Assembly (NCBI GenBank): GCA_039586795.1
Contig: JBDHJS010000004.1
Coordinates: 80,055-144,054 of the forward strand
DNA from: Gemmatimonadota bacterium
Lineage (GTDB): Bacteria > Gemmatimonadota > Gemmatimonadetes > Palauibacterales > KS3-K002
Direction: 5' to 3'
DNA: 64,000 nucleotides
Positions within the stretch are counted from its first letter, which is position 1, and every line of letters starts with the position of its first letter. A program made the translations under genes and the position numbers. Positions 11,400 through 19,207 of this stretch are shown here, piece after piece. The notes below the pieces were generated by a model. It saw only the letters and a program-made list of their open reading frames with translations, did no database searches and was not told the DNA's origin.

Positions 11400-12164
11400 G
11401 TGAAGAGTCGCTCTGAGCCCCTGGGGCCGGAGCGCGACCTAAACCTGCACGGTAAGGCGTGGCTGGCGCTGGGCATCGGACCCCAGCGAGCAGTGCCGGC
11501 GCTCGCTCCACTGAAGGTGCCGCTGTCGGAAGCGCGGCTGGCGCTCGTGACCACGGGTGGGTTCGTACCGCCCGGTGGAGAACCGTTCGAGACCGGCAAG
11601 TTAGGCGACGCGAGCTACCGGGAGATTCCATCCGACATCGATGTAGATACGCTTCAGATTCACCACCCCCACTACGACATCGAAATCGCGAAAGCGGACG
11701 TCAACACGATTTTCCCACTTCCGCTTGCTAGGGAGCTCGTGAGAGAAGGTCATATTGGGGATCTGGCTTCGACGCACTTCTCGTTCATGGGCTACATTCC
11801 GCTGACCCGGAATCTTGAAAAGAACGCCGCTCCTCGTGTTGCCGGGCGGCTCAAACAAGAGGAAGTGGATGCGGTTCTCCTGACCCCGGCTTGACCGACA
11901 TGCAACCGGACCGTTGGTCTGGTGGCCCGCGAAATAGAAAGACACGGTATTTCCACGATTTGCGTTCTAAACCTTCAGAAGGTCGCGGACCGAATCCTTC
12001 CGCCGCGTACGCTGCTGGTGAACCGCCCCATGGGGGCGTTGCTGGGCGATCCTAATGACAGCATCGGACAGCGGGCACTTGTACAGTCAGCACTATCTAT
12101 GCTGGGCGACGCCACGGTGCTGCCCGGCGAGATCAGGATCTACCAACCCTCGGGAAATCCCTGA
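11400..12164 (+). CDS. GrdB/PrdB-family selenoprotein B-like protein (254 aa; UGA 11892-11894 = Sec165)
   Basis: ORFs 11400-11894 and 11922-12164 are in one frame; read-through gives LLTPA-U-PTCNRTVGLVAREIERHGIST (UxxC); N-terminal LALVTTGG motif. Confidence 0.85.
11902..11926 (+). promoter_or_regulatory. Putative bacterial SECIS hairpin
   Basis: ACCGGACC-GTT-GGTCTGGT stem-loop; loop G is 19 nt 3' of the in-frame UGA. Confidence 0.7.
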
Positions 12165-12180
12165 CCGCATAGTCGCTTGT

Positions 12181-12428
12181 TTTAGGGTCGGACTACCAGG
12201 AAGGAAGTGTCTATGAGGGAACTGCGAACGATGCTTCCCGGCTTGTTCGATGGCGAGCATATCTTCACAATGGACCCGCTGGACGCGGGCAGGCGAACTC
12301 GATTGGTGCATCGTGAGGAGTTCAGAGGTGTTCTGGTGCCGCTCTTTTGGGGGAGCCTGGATACTGCCACGCGTCAGGGATTCGAGGAGATGAACTTGGC
12401 TTTGAAGAAACGGGTGGAAGAGGCGTGA
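12181..12428 (+). pseudogene. SRPBCC/polyketide-cyclase family remnant (C-terminal half)
   Basis: RELR..LPGLFDGEHIF...TRLVHREEFRGVLVP...GFEEMNLALKKRVE; N-terminal half missing or out of frame. Confidence 0.6.
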
Positions 12429-12466
12429 GCAGTACGTCTGTATCACATAGCTCAACGGAGGCGACG

Positions 12467-12982
12467 ATGGCCCGGTTCACATCGCTCTTAGAAGAGACTC
12501 TGGAGGCGTGGGCGGACGTCCGTGAGGGACTCATCGAGGAAGTGGAGAATATCCCGGGTGAGCATTTCGATTTCCGACCGACGGACGAGGTCAAGAACGT
12601 CGCAGAGCTAGTGCAACATATTCTCGAAGTCGCGCTCATGATGACCGGCGAGCTTACGCGGCCCGATACCGATTTCCTGCGTCTGCCTTGGCCAGAACTG
12701 CTCGATCACTACGCGGCGCACGTGAGCGAGGTGACTGCGAAAGCCGACCTGCTTGATCTCCTGCGTTCCTCGTTCAGCGAAGCGGAGAGGGCATTCCTCG
12801 ATGTTGGTGAACTGCATATGCTGCAATTCATCATCCGATTTGACGGTCAGGCCGGCACTCGACTCGCCTGGCTGCAGCACGGGATTGCTCACGAAATGTA
12901 CCATCGCGGCCAACTCGGTCTTTACCAGCGACTGATGGGCTTTGAACCTGCGCTCACGAAACGAATTCGCTCGCTAGGGTAG
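12467..12982 (+). CDS. DinB family protein
   Basis: FRPT..VKNVAELVQHI and HEMYHRGQL motifs; GGAG before ATG 12467. Confidence 0.85.
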   Translation: MARFTSLLEETLEAWADVREGLIEEVENIPGEHFDFRPTDEVKNVAELVQHILEVALMMTGELTRPDTDFLRLPWPELLDHYAAHVSEVTAKADLLDLLRSSFSEAERAFLDVGELHMLQFIIRFDGQAGTRLAWLQHGIAHEMYHRGQLGLYQRLMGFEPALTKRIRSLG

Positions 12983-13087
12983 GCTCGCGATTGCCTTGCA
13001 CTGGGTCAAAGGGCATCTTGGTCCGCAGCCCTGACCCAATTCGGCTAGGGAGAAGCAGGCGCTGATGGTGGATCGGGACAGCGGAGA

Positions 13088-14650
13088 GTGGATGTGATAC
13101 CCGAAAACCTGTCCTCCGCGGTCGCCGAGCACTACAGGCTCGAGCGCGTCTTGGGCCGCGGTGGTATGGCGACCGTATACGAGGCGTGGGACGAGCGTCA
13201 CGGTCGCCGGGTCGCCGTCAAAGTCGTGAATCCGGAACTCGCCGTATCGCTTGCCGGTGAACGATTCCTGCAGGAGATCCGGATCGTCGCTCGCCTCACA
13301 CATCCCAACATCCTGACCCTACACGATTCCGGCGCGGCCGACGGCTTCCTGTACTATGTGATGCCGTATGTTGATGACACGTTGAGGGCGCGTCTCGGGC
13401 GCGAGTGTATTCTTCCGCCTGATGTCGCCCTGGAGATCGTGAGCGAAGTCGCGGAGGCGCTGGACTACGCGCACCGCAACGGCGTTGTCCACCGCGACAT
13501 AAAACCAGAGAACATCCTCATATCCGCGGGCCACGCGGTCGTCGCTGATTTCGGTGTCGCGCGGGCGGTGAGCACGGCAGGCGGCGACCGGCTTACCCGC
13601 ACCGGCCACCCGGTAGGAACGCTCGGCTACATGAGCCCGGAGCAGGCGGCCGGCCGTAGTGACCTTGACGAGCGGACCGACGTCTACAGCCTGGCCTGCG
13701 TTTTCTACGAGATGCTGGTTGGCGAGCCGCCAGGTGCTTGGATAAGGGATGAGGCCGGTGAGCTGGGGCGGTTCATCGACGCGCCACCCGATCACCGTGA
13801 CAGACTCGACAATCTGCCGGGCTTTGTGGAGGCGAATCTGGTGAAGGCGATGCGGCTTCTTCCGCAGGACCGATACCGAAGTGCCGGCGAGTTGAGCGCA
13901 GCGCTGACGAGCGCGTTCGCTGGCGGCCCAAGGTACAGCGAGGAAGAGGCGCATCAGATAGTCCGGCGAGCAGCTGAGCTTGACGCCCGGCCGACCCGTG
14001 ACAGTGCCCTGTCGCTGGGGGGTATCCAACAAATCGCCGCTGAGGCCGGCATACCTTCCCAGCACGTGCGAGAAGCTGCTTCGGAACTGGCACGGTCTGA
14101 GCCGAAGATCAGTACGGGCGGATATCTCGGCCGCACAGGCAAGATCGAGCTCGAAGGGCTGGTCGAGGGCGAGGTATCAGAAAGCCAGTACGGCGCCGTC
14201 CTGGAGGAGATACGGAGGTCCATCGGTCAGGCAGGTCACGTCCACGAGACTTTCGATGACTCGTTCTCATGGGAGTTCAAGCCCGGCTTTGGCGAGTGGA
14301 CTCGGCGGGTACAGGTCACTCTGCGGCCGCGAGACGGCCAAACCAGAATATGGATCGTCGAGCACCCCGGCGCTGAGGATGAGCTGAAGATCGCCTCGGT
14401 AGCAGGTGGCGCCGTGCTCGCCGGGGCTGCGTTTGCCGCTGTCTTCAACATAGGAGGCGACCTCGCCATCGGTGCGGGAGTTCTTCTGGGCGGCGCCGCG
14501 TTTACTGCACAGTACACCGCTTTCCGCCTCTGGTACCGCAGGTTTCTCGGGAAGCGTTCGCGTGTGCTCAGCGAGCTTGGCGAACGCATCGCAAACCTGG
14601 TCACCGGTTCCGGGAAGGCAGTCCTGCCGGCGCCGAAAGACGAACGGTAG
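13088..14650 (+). CDS. Hanks-type Ser/Thr protein kinase with C-terminal domain and two TM helices
   Basis: GRGGMATV, VAVK, HRDIKPEN, DFG and YMSPEQ motifs; hydrophobic hairpin near C-terminus. Confidence 0.92.
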   Translation: MDVIPENLSSAVAEHYRLERVLGRGGMATVYEAWDERHGRRVAVKVVNPELAVSLAGERFLQEIRIVARLTHPNILTLHDSGAADGFLYYVMPYVDDTLRARLGRECILPPDVALEIVSEVAEALDYAHRNGVVHRDIKPENILISAGHAVVADFGVARAVSTAGGDRLTRTGHPVGTLGYMSPEQAAGRSDLDERTDVYSLACVFYEMLVGEPPGAWIRDEAGELGRFIDAPPDHRDRLDNLPGFVEANLVKAMRLLPQDRYRSAGELSAALTSAFAGGPRYSEEEAHQIVRRAAELDARPTRDSALSLGGIQQIAAEAGIPSQHVREAASELARSEPKISTGGYLGRTGKIELEGLVEGEVSESQYGAVLEEIRRSIGQAGHVHETFDDSFSWEFKPGFGEWTRRVQVTLRPRDGQTRIWIVEHPGAEDELKIASVAGGAVLAGAAFAAVFNIGGDLAIGAGVLLGGAAFTAQYTAFRLWYRRFLGKRSRVLSELGERIANLVTGSGKAVLPAPKDER

Positions 14651-14727
14651 TCCGAACGCGGGCCGCCGCCATTCAAGACTATACTTTACGGCTTGTTAGG
14701 GGTACTTTGGCTGCTTGATAATTGCCT

Positions 14728-16338
14728 ATGACAGAGATACCTGAGGCCCTCAGAGCGGCCCTACCCAGGAGATACCAGCTGCAACGCGTCGTGGGGCGCG
14801 GCGGAATGGCCACGGTCTATATGGCGGACGACGTGCGCCACGACCGCCCCGTGGCGGTTAAGGTATTGCACCCTGAGCTCACGGCTTCGATCGCCGGTGG
14901 CCGGTTCCTGAAGGAGATCGGCTTCTCCGCCCAGCTCACCCATCCCCACGTGCTGACGCTCATCGACTCGGGAGACGCGGACGGTTTCCTCTACTACGTT
15001 ATGCCATACGTGGACGACTCGCTGCGCGCGCTGTTGGAGCGAAAGGGGAACCTGGATCCGCGGAAGGTGCTGGAACTGTCCTGCGAGGTGGCGGATGCTC
15101 TCGGCTACGCGCACCGCAGCGGTATCGTGCACCGCGACATCAAGCCGGAGAACATCTTGCTGGCGGAGGGGCACGCGGTCGTTGCCGATTTCGGTGTCGC
15201 TAAGGCGATCAGCACGGCGGGCGGGGACCGTATGACACGCACGGGCTATCCCGTGGGGACGCTCGGCTACATGAGCCCGGAGCAGGCGGCGGGCCGATCC
15301 GACCTGAACGAACGGACGGACATTTACAGCCTGGCCTGCGTGGCATACGAGATGCTGATTGGTGAGCCGCCGGGTATGTGGGTCACGGAAGAGGCTGGGC
15401 GGTTGCAGCGCTTCATCGACGCGCCGCCACGGCAACGGCTAAAGCTGGATGCGCTGCCGGGCTTGCTGGAGAACGCTCTGGTGACCGCGATGCGGCTGCG
15501 ACCGGAAGAGCGCTACATGACGGCCGGCGAGTTTGCGGAGGCGCTGGAGGCGGCGTTCAGCGCCAAGAAGAAGATCTACAACGAGCTGGAGGCACAACAG
15601 ATCGTGCGGCGCGCCGCCGAACTGGAGGCGACGCAGGACCGCCACGCGGAGGCGGCGATGACGCTCGGCGGAGTCGAGCAGCTGGCTGCCGAGGTGGGGA
15701 TCGCGCCGGAGTTGGTTCGCGATGCCGTGCGCCGAGAGGCTCCAGTCCCGCTGGTCGAGTTGCAGCCTACCGATCCGAAAGAAGGAATAGAGAAGGGCGG
15801 CTTCTTCGGGTTCACCGGCAAAGTGGAGATGGAACGCACCGTCGAGGGCGACCCGTCCAGCGAAGTCTACGCGCTCCTCCTCGAGGAGATCCGCGATACC
15901 GTAGGCGAATCCGGGCATCTCAACGAGACGATGAGCCGGTCTCTGTCTTGGGAGTACAAGCGCTGGCTGACCAAGGCGTCTCCCCAGACGAGGATCCACG
16001 TCAGCCCACGACGGGAGAAGACTCGGATCAAGATCACCGAGTTCCCCAGCCTCGACCGCAGGTTGCTGGGCACGACAGCGATCGTCGGCGGTAGTTTTAT
16101 TGCACTGATGTTCATGGCTGGGTTCGAAGGGGAAGGTGCCGGCGTCTTCTTGGGTTTCACTTCCTTGGGCGCGACCTACTGGGGGTGCCGAGCCTGGTTT
16201 CGATCCCGGGTCAAGCGCCGGTCCAGGGCGGTCGCCAATCTCCTCGATCGGCTCGCCGACATCGTTCGTGACTTCGGACCCCCGGCTTTGCCCAGATCCA
16301 GCACGACAACCGATCCGAACCAAGAGAGGAGAAGATGA
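14728..16338 (+). CDS. Hanks-type Ser/Thr protein kinase, tandem paralog
   Basis: Same kinase motifs and C-terminal architecture as the upstream gene. Confidence 0.92.
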   Translation: MTEIPEALRAALPRRYQLQRVVGRGGMATVYMADDVRHDRPVAVKVLHPELTASIAGGRFLKEIGFSAQLTHPHVLTLIDSGDADGFLYYVMPYVDDSLRALLERKGNLDPRKVLELSCEVADALGYAHRSGIVHRDIKPENILLAEGHAVVADFGVAKAISTAGGDRMTRTGYPVGTLGYMSPEQAAGRSDLNERTDIYSLACVAYEMLIGEPPGMWVTEEAGRLQRFIDAPPRQRLKLDALPGLLENALVTAMRLRPEERYMTAGEFAEALEAAFSAKKKIYNELEAQQIVRRAAELEATQDRHAEAAMTLGGVEQLAAEVGIAPELVRDAVRREAPVPLVELQPTDPKEGIEKGGFFGFTGKVEMERTVEGDPSSEVYALLLEEIRDTVGESGHLNETMSRSLSWEYKRWLTKASPQTRIHVSPRREKTRIKITEFPSLDRRLLGTTAIVGGSFIALMFMAGFEGEGAGVFLGFTSLGATYWGCRAWFRSRVKRRSRAVANLLDRLADIVRDFGPPALPRSSTTTDPNQERRR

Positions 16339-16649
16339 AGCAGGAGTCGCTGCAGCTCAGCGAGACAGAGCTATTCCTCGTTCAGCGCAGCTCCGATCTG
16401 GATATCTCCAGGCGCAGGCTGCGTGTCGTGATCATCAGTGGCGTGCTGCTCATCGCCGCGCTCATCGTTGTTGCCCCCCTCGTTCAATCGTGGCAGTTCC
16501 TGCTCTTCTTCGCGGTCGCTTACATCGCGATGTCGGTTTGGGAGCGCGTGGGCTACGCGCGTACTATTCTGGCCTACAAGGGTCTCATTCAGAAACTCTC
16601 CAAACGCATTGACGACCTGGAGGGCGGTGACGAAATCCTCAACACCTAA
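16335..16649 (+). CDS. Hypothetical 2-TM membrane protein
   Basis: ATGA overlap with kinase stop, GAGGAG RBS, two hydrophobic segments. Confidence 0.7.
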   Translation: MKQESLQLSETELFLVQRSSDLDISRRRLRVVIISGVLLIAALIVVAPLVQSWQFLLFFAVAYIAMSVWERVGYARTILAYKGLIQKLSKRIDDLEGGDEILNT

Positions 16650-16716
16650 TCCTCAACGCCCAATGGTCATGTGTGAGGGCATTGAGGATTGGGTGTTAGG
16701 TGTTGAGGATTCGTCA
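16628..16716. repeat. Heptamer-based imperfect palindrome (family A, copy 1)
   Basis: TGACGAAATCCTCAACACCTAA...TTAGGTGTTGAGGATTCGTCA arms; units AATCCTC/AACACCT/AACGCCC. Confidence 0.8.
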
Positions 16717-16724
16717 GCGACGTC

Positions 16725-16754
16725 TTGACACGATACCGGGACCCCTCATACAAT
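16725..16754 (+). promoter_or_regulatory. sigma70-type promoter
   Basis: TTGACA-N18-TACAAT. Confidence 0.65.
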
Positions 16755-16881
16755 TAGGGCCCTTTTAGCGAAAGATCTTTCGGGCTCTGTCGCTGGGCCA
16801 GCTTGGGGGAGACTGCCGGCGTGGGGCCGTCGTGTGATGAAGCCGGGCGCGTAGTGTGACCGGCAAAGCCGTAGCTTAGAG

Positions 16882-17031
16882 ATGAAAAAAAGTAACCTAC
16901 CTAACGAACAATCAATTGTCCAGGCAAAGCGGAGAGGCCATCGCGGCTGGCTGCTGGGTGCATACACTTTCCTCTTTCTCTGGGGTATGGCCTTCTTGGT
17001 CCTGTATTTCACGGACCGACTTCCAATCTAG
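16882..17031 (+). CDS. Small single-TM protein, 49 aa (not in ORF track)
   Basis: MKKSNLPNEQSIVQAKRRGHRGWLLGAYTFLFLWGMAFLVLYFTDRLPI; lies downstream of a consensus promoter. Confidence 0.6.
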   Translation: MKKSNLPNEQSIVQAKRRGHRGWLLGAYTFLFLWGMAFLVLYFTDRLPI

Positions 17032-17070
17032 ATAGGGCGCCGTGTCAGGCGTGATCTCTCGGGAGGAATT

Positions 17071-17580
17071 GTGGACACTACGTTGATCATCGTGGCTGTC
17101 GTCGCGGTGGCAATCGTCGCGGTGGCAGTCATACTGCGGCTGCGTGGGTCGTCAGGAGGGGCGGAGGAGCCGGCGGCGATAGCAGAGGCGCCAGCCGAGC
17201 CAGAGGTCGTGCCGGCCGAGAAGGAGCCCGAGCCGGCCATGGCACCTAAGGCGGCCGAAGAGCCCGCGCCCGTTGCTGAGGCGGTAGCGCCGGCGCCCGC
17301 GGAGCCGAAGAAGCCCAAGCCGACAGACGACGAGCTCAAGTCGCGGGTACAGGCGAGCCTCAGCGAATCGAAGGCCCTGCTGGACGAGCTTCAGGGTCGA
17401 GTCTCGGAAGCGGAGGGCGTGGCCCAGCAGGTAGGTCCCGGGACGCTGGAGATCATGGCGGAGGGTCTGGCGGAGGTGCAGGGGCTGGCGGACAAGAAGC
17501 AATGGGGGCAGGCAAAGGACAAGGCGGACGCCCTCAGCGCGCAGCTGAAGCTGCTATTGCAGATGTCTCGAAGCGATTAG
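17071..17580 (+). CDS. Hypothetical membrane-anchored protein with Ala/Pro/Glu linker and helical C-domain
   Basis: GGAGGA RBS, N-terminal TM, low-complexity linker. Confidence 0.75.
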   Translation: MDTTLIIVAVVAVAIVAVAVILRLRGSSGGAEEPAAIAEAPAEPEVVPAEKEPEPAMAPKAAEEPAPVAEAVAPAPAEPKKPKPTDDELKSRVQASLSESKALLDELQGRVSEAEGVAQQVGPGTLEIMAEGLAEVQGLADKKQWGQAKDKADALSAQLKLLLQMSRSD

Positions 17581-17671
17581 CCTCCTCGATCTAGCCAATC
17601 AGCGGTTGCCCGCCGATATTTCGGGTGTTCTGCGGGTCGCAGCGCGCTTGCGCGACCCTGTCGCCAGGCCG

Positions 17672-17698
17672 AGAAACCCACAACCACTCCGACTCGTA
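17672..17698 (+). promoter_or_regulatory. Putative ECF sigma promoter (SigW-like)
   Basis: AGAAAC-N17-CGTA just upstream of the psp-locus start codon. Confidence 0.55.
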
Positions 17699-17706
17699 GT
17701 TGATAC

Positions 17707-18000
17707 GTGATGGCGGTACTTTACCTGCTGGTCCTCGTGTTTCTGGTCAAGATCGTGATGATCGACTCGCCGGTGGGTAAGGCGTTGGGCGATGCGATTC
17801 GGAACCTGACGCCGCAAAAGGCGCCCCAGGGTGCGGTCTCACAGGCCGAGGTGGAGCTTCTGCGACGGGATGTGGAGGATTTGAAGGATCGCGTGGATCG
17901 GGTGGTGGAGGAGCAGGCGTTTCTGACCCAGCTTCTGTCGCAACCCGAGCGCCGCAGTCTCGGGCCGGGCAACATGAACGACCAGGATATTCCAACTTAG
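17707..18000 (+). CDS. Small TM plus coiled-coil protein (PspB-like topology)
   Basis: N-terminal TM, heptad-like LRRDVEDLKDRVDRVVEE; first gene of the pspA locus. Confidence 0.65.
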   Translation: MMAVLYLLVLVFLVKIVMIDSPVGKALGDAIRNLTPQKAPQGAVSQAEVELLRRDVEDLKDRVDRVVEEQAFLTQLLSQPERRSLGPGNMNDQDIPT

Positions 18001-18012
18001 GCGGAGGCCGGG

Positions 18013-18402
18013 ATGGTCACGCGCGAAGACGTTGAAGGTTACCTGCTCCGGATGGAGCTACCGTATCAGGAGTTGGAGGAGGGGCTCTGGGTTATCGGCG
18101 ATAGCCAGGATGCAGCTCCTGTGTTTGTCAACTACGCTCCGCCCTTGCTGCTGGTTCGGGTGGAGGTGATGAACGTGCCGGGCGATGAAGATCTCCGGAA
18201 GGGGCTGTTCCGTGAGCTTTTGGAACTCAACGCGACGGAGCTGGTTCATGGAGCCTACGGTCTGGATGGTGAAGAAATAGTGCTGATCGACACGCTGCAG
18301 CTCGGAGATCTTGATTTCAGCGAGTTGCAGGCGTCGCTGGAGAGCATATTGTTAGCCTTGCGGTCGCACTACGAGACGTTGGCACACTACAGGACTCCAT
18401 AG
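18013..18402 (+). CDS. YbjN/CesT-like chaperone-fold protein
   Basis: Small acidic protein, LFRELLELNA..LVHGAYGL motif. Confidence 0.75.
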   Translation: MVTREDVEGYLLRMELPYQELEEGLWVIGDSQDAAPVFVNYAPPLLLVRVEVMNVPGDEDLRKGLFRELLELNATELVHGAYGLDGEEIVLIDTLQLGDLDFSELQASLESILLALRSHYETLAHYRTP

Positions 18403-18418
18403 GGAGAGTAAGGCCGAC

Positions 18419-19207
18419 ATGAGTATATTTAGCAGGTTGTCGACGATGGTTCGGTCGAACCTGAACGACCTCATCGCTCGGGCGGAAAATCCCGAAAAGA
18501 TGCTGAACCAGATCATCGATGATATGCGATCGCAGCTGGCCCAGGCGAAGCAGGAGGTCGCGGTCGCCATCGCGGACGAGCGAAAGCTGCGTCGGCAGGT
18601 TCAGGACGAGCGCGATCAGACTGCCGATTGGGAGCGGCGTGCCAAGCTGGCACTGCGCGAGGGCCGTGATGACCTGGCCCGCCAGGCGCTTCTCAGAAGC
18701 CAGGAGCACGGTGAGCACTCGGGCGGGCTGGAGGATCAGTGGCGGGCTCATGCCTCGGAGACCGAGAAGCTGAAGGACACGCTACGTCAGCTCAGTAGCA
18801 AGATCGAAGAGGCGAAGCGGAAACGAAACCTGCTGATTGCCCGGCAGAAGAGGGCTCACGCCCAGCGCAGAATCCACGAGACGATGAGCGGTCTTGCCGA
18901 TCGCAGCGCCTTCGAGGCGTTCGACCGCATGGCGGAACGCATCGAGGAGACGGAGATGCGTGCTCTGGCAGCGGCGGAGGTGGACGAAGAACTGGGCGGC
19001 GACGACTTGGATCGTGAGTTCAAGCGACTTGAGGGCGGCGACGTCGATGTGGAACGCAAGCTCGAGGCGCTGAAAGAAGAGATGGGTCTGCTGCCTGCTG
19101 CGGCTGGCGAAGAGGATCACGGTCCGGACATCGTTCGCGAGGCAGAGATCATAGAGGAAGAGGAAGTAGAAGAGGAAGCCGGCACCGAGGAGAACAAAGC
19201 TGGCTGA
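18419..19207 (+). CDS. pspA: PspA/IM30 family protein
   Basis: MSIFSRL...AENPEKML, long coiled coils, GRDDLARQAL. Confidence 0.93.
   Translation: MSIFSRLSTMVRSNLNDLIARAENPEKMLNQIIDDMRSQLAQAKQEVAVAIADERKLRRQVQDERDQTADWERRAKLALREGRDDLARQALLRSQEHGEHSGGLEDQWRAHASETEKLKDTLRQLSSKIEEAKRKRNLLIARQKRAHAQRRIHETMSGLADRSAFEAFDRMAERIEETEMRALAAAEVDEELGGDDLDREFKRLEGGDVDVERKLEALKEEMGLLPAAAGEEDHGPDIVREAEIIEEEEVEEEAGTEENKAG

Noticed and set aside
11922..12164. 80-aa ORF as an independent gene or frameshifted pseudogene
   Set aside because: Same frame as the upstream ORF and continuous with it through a UxxC motif; Sec read-through is the simpler explanation.
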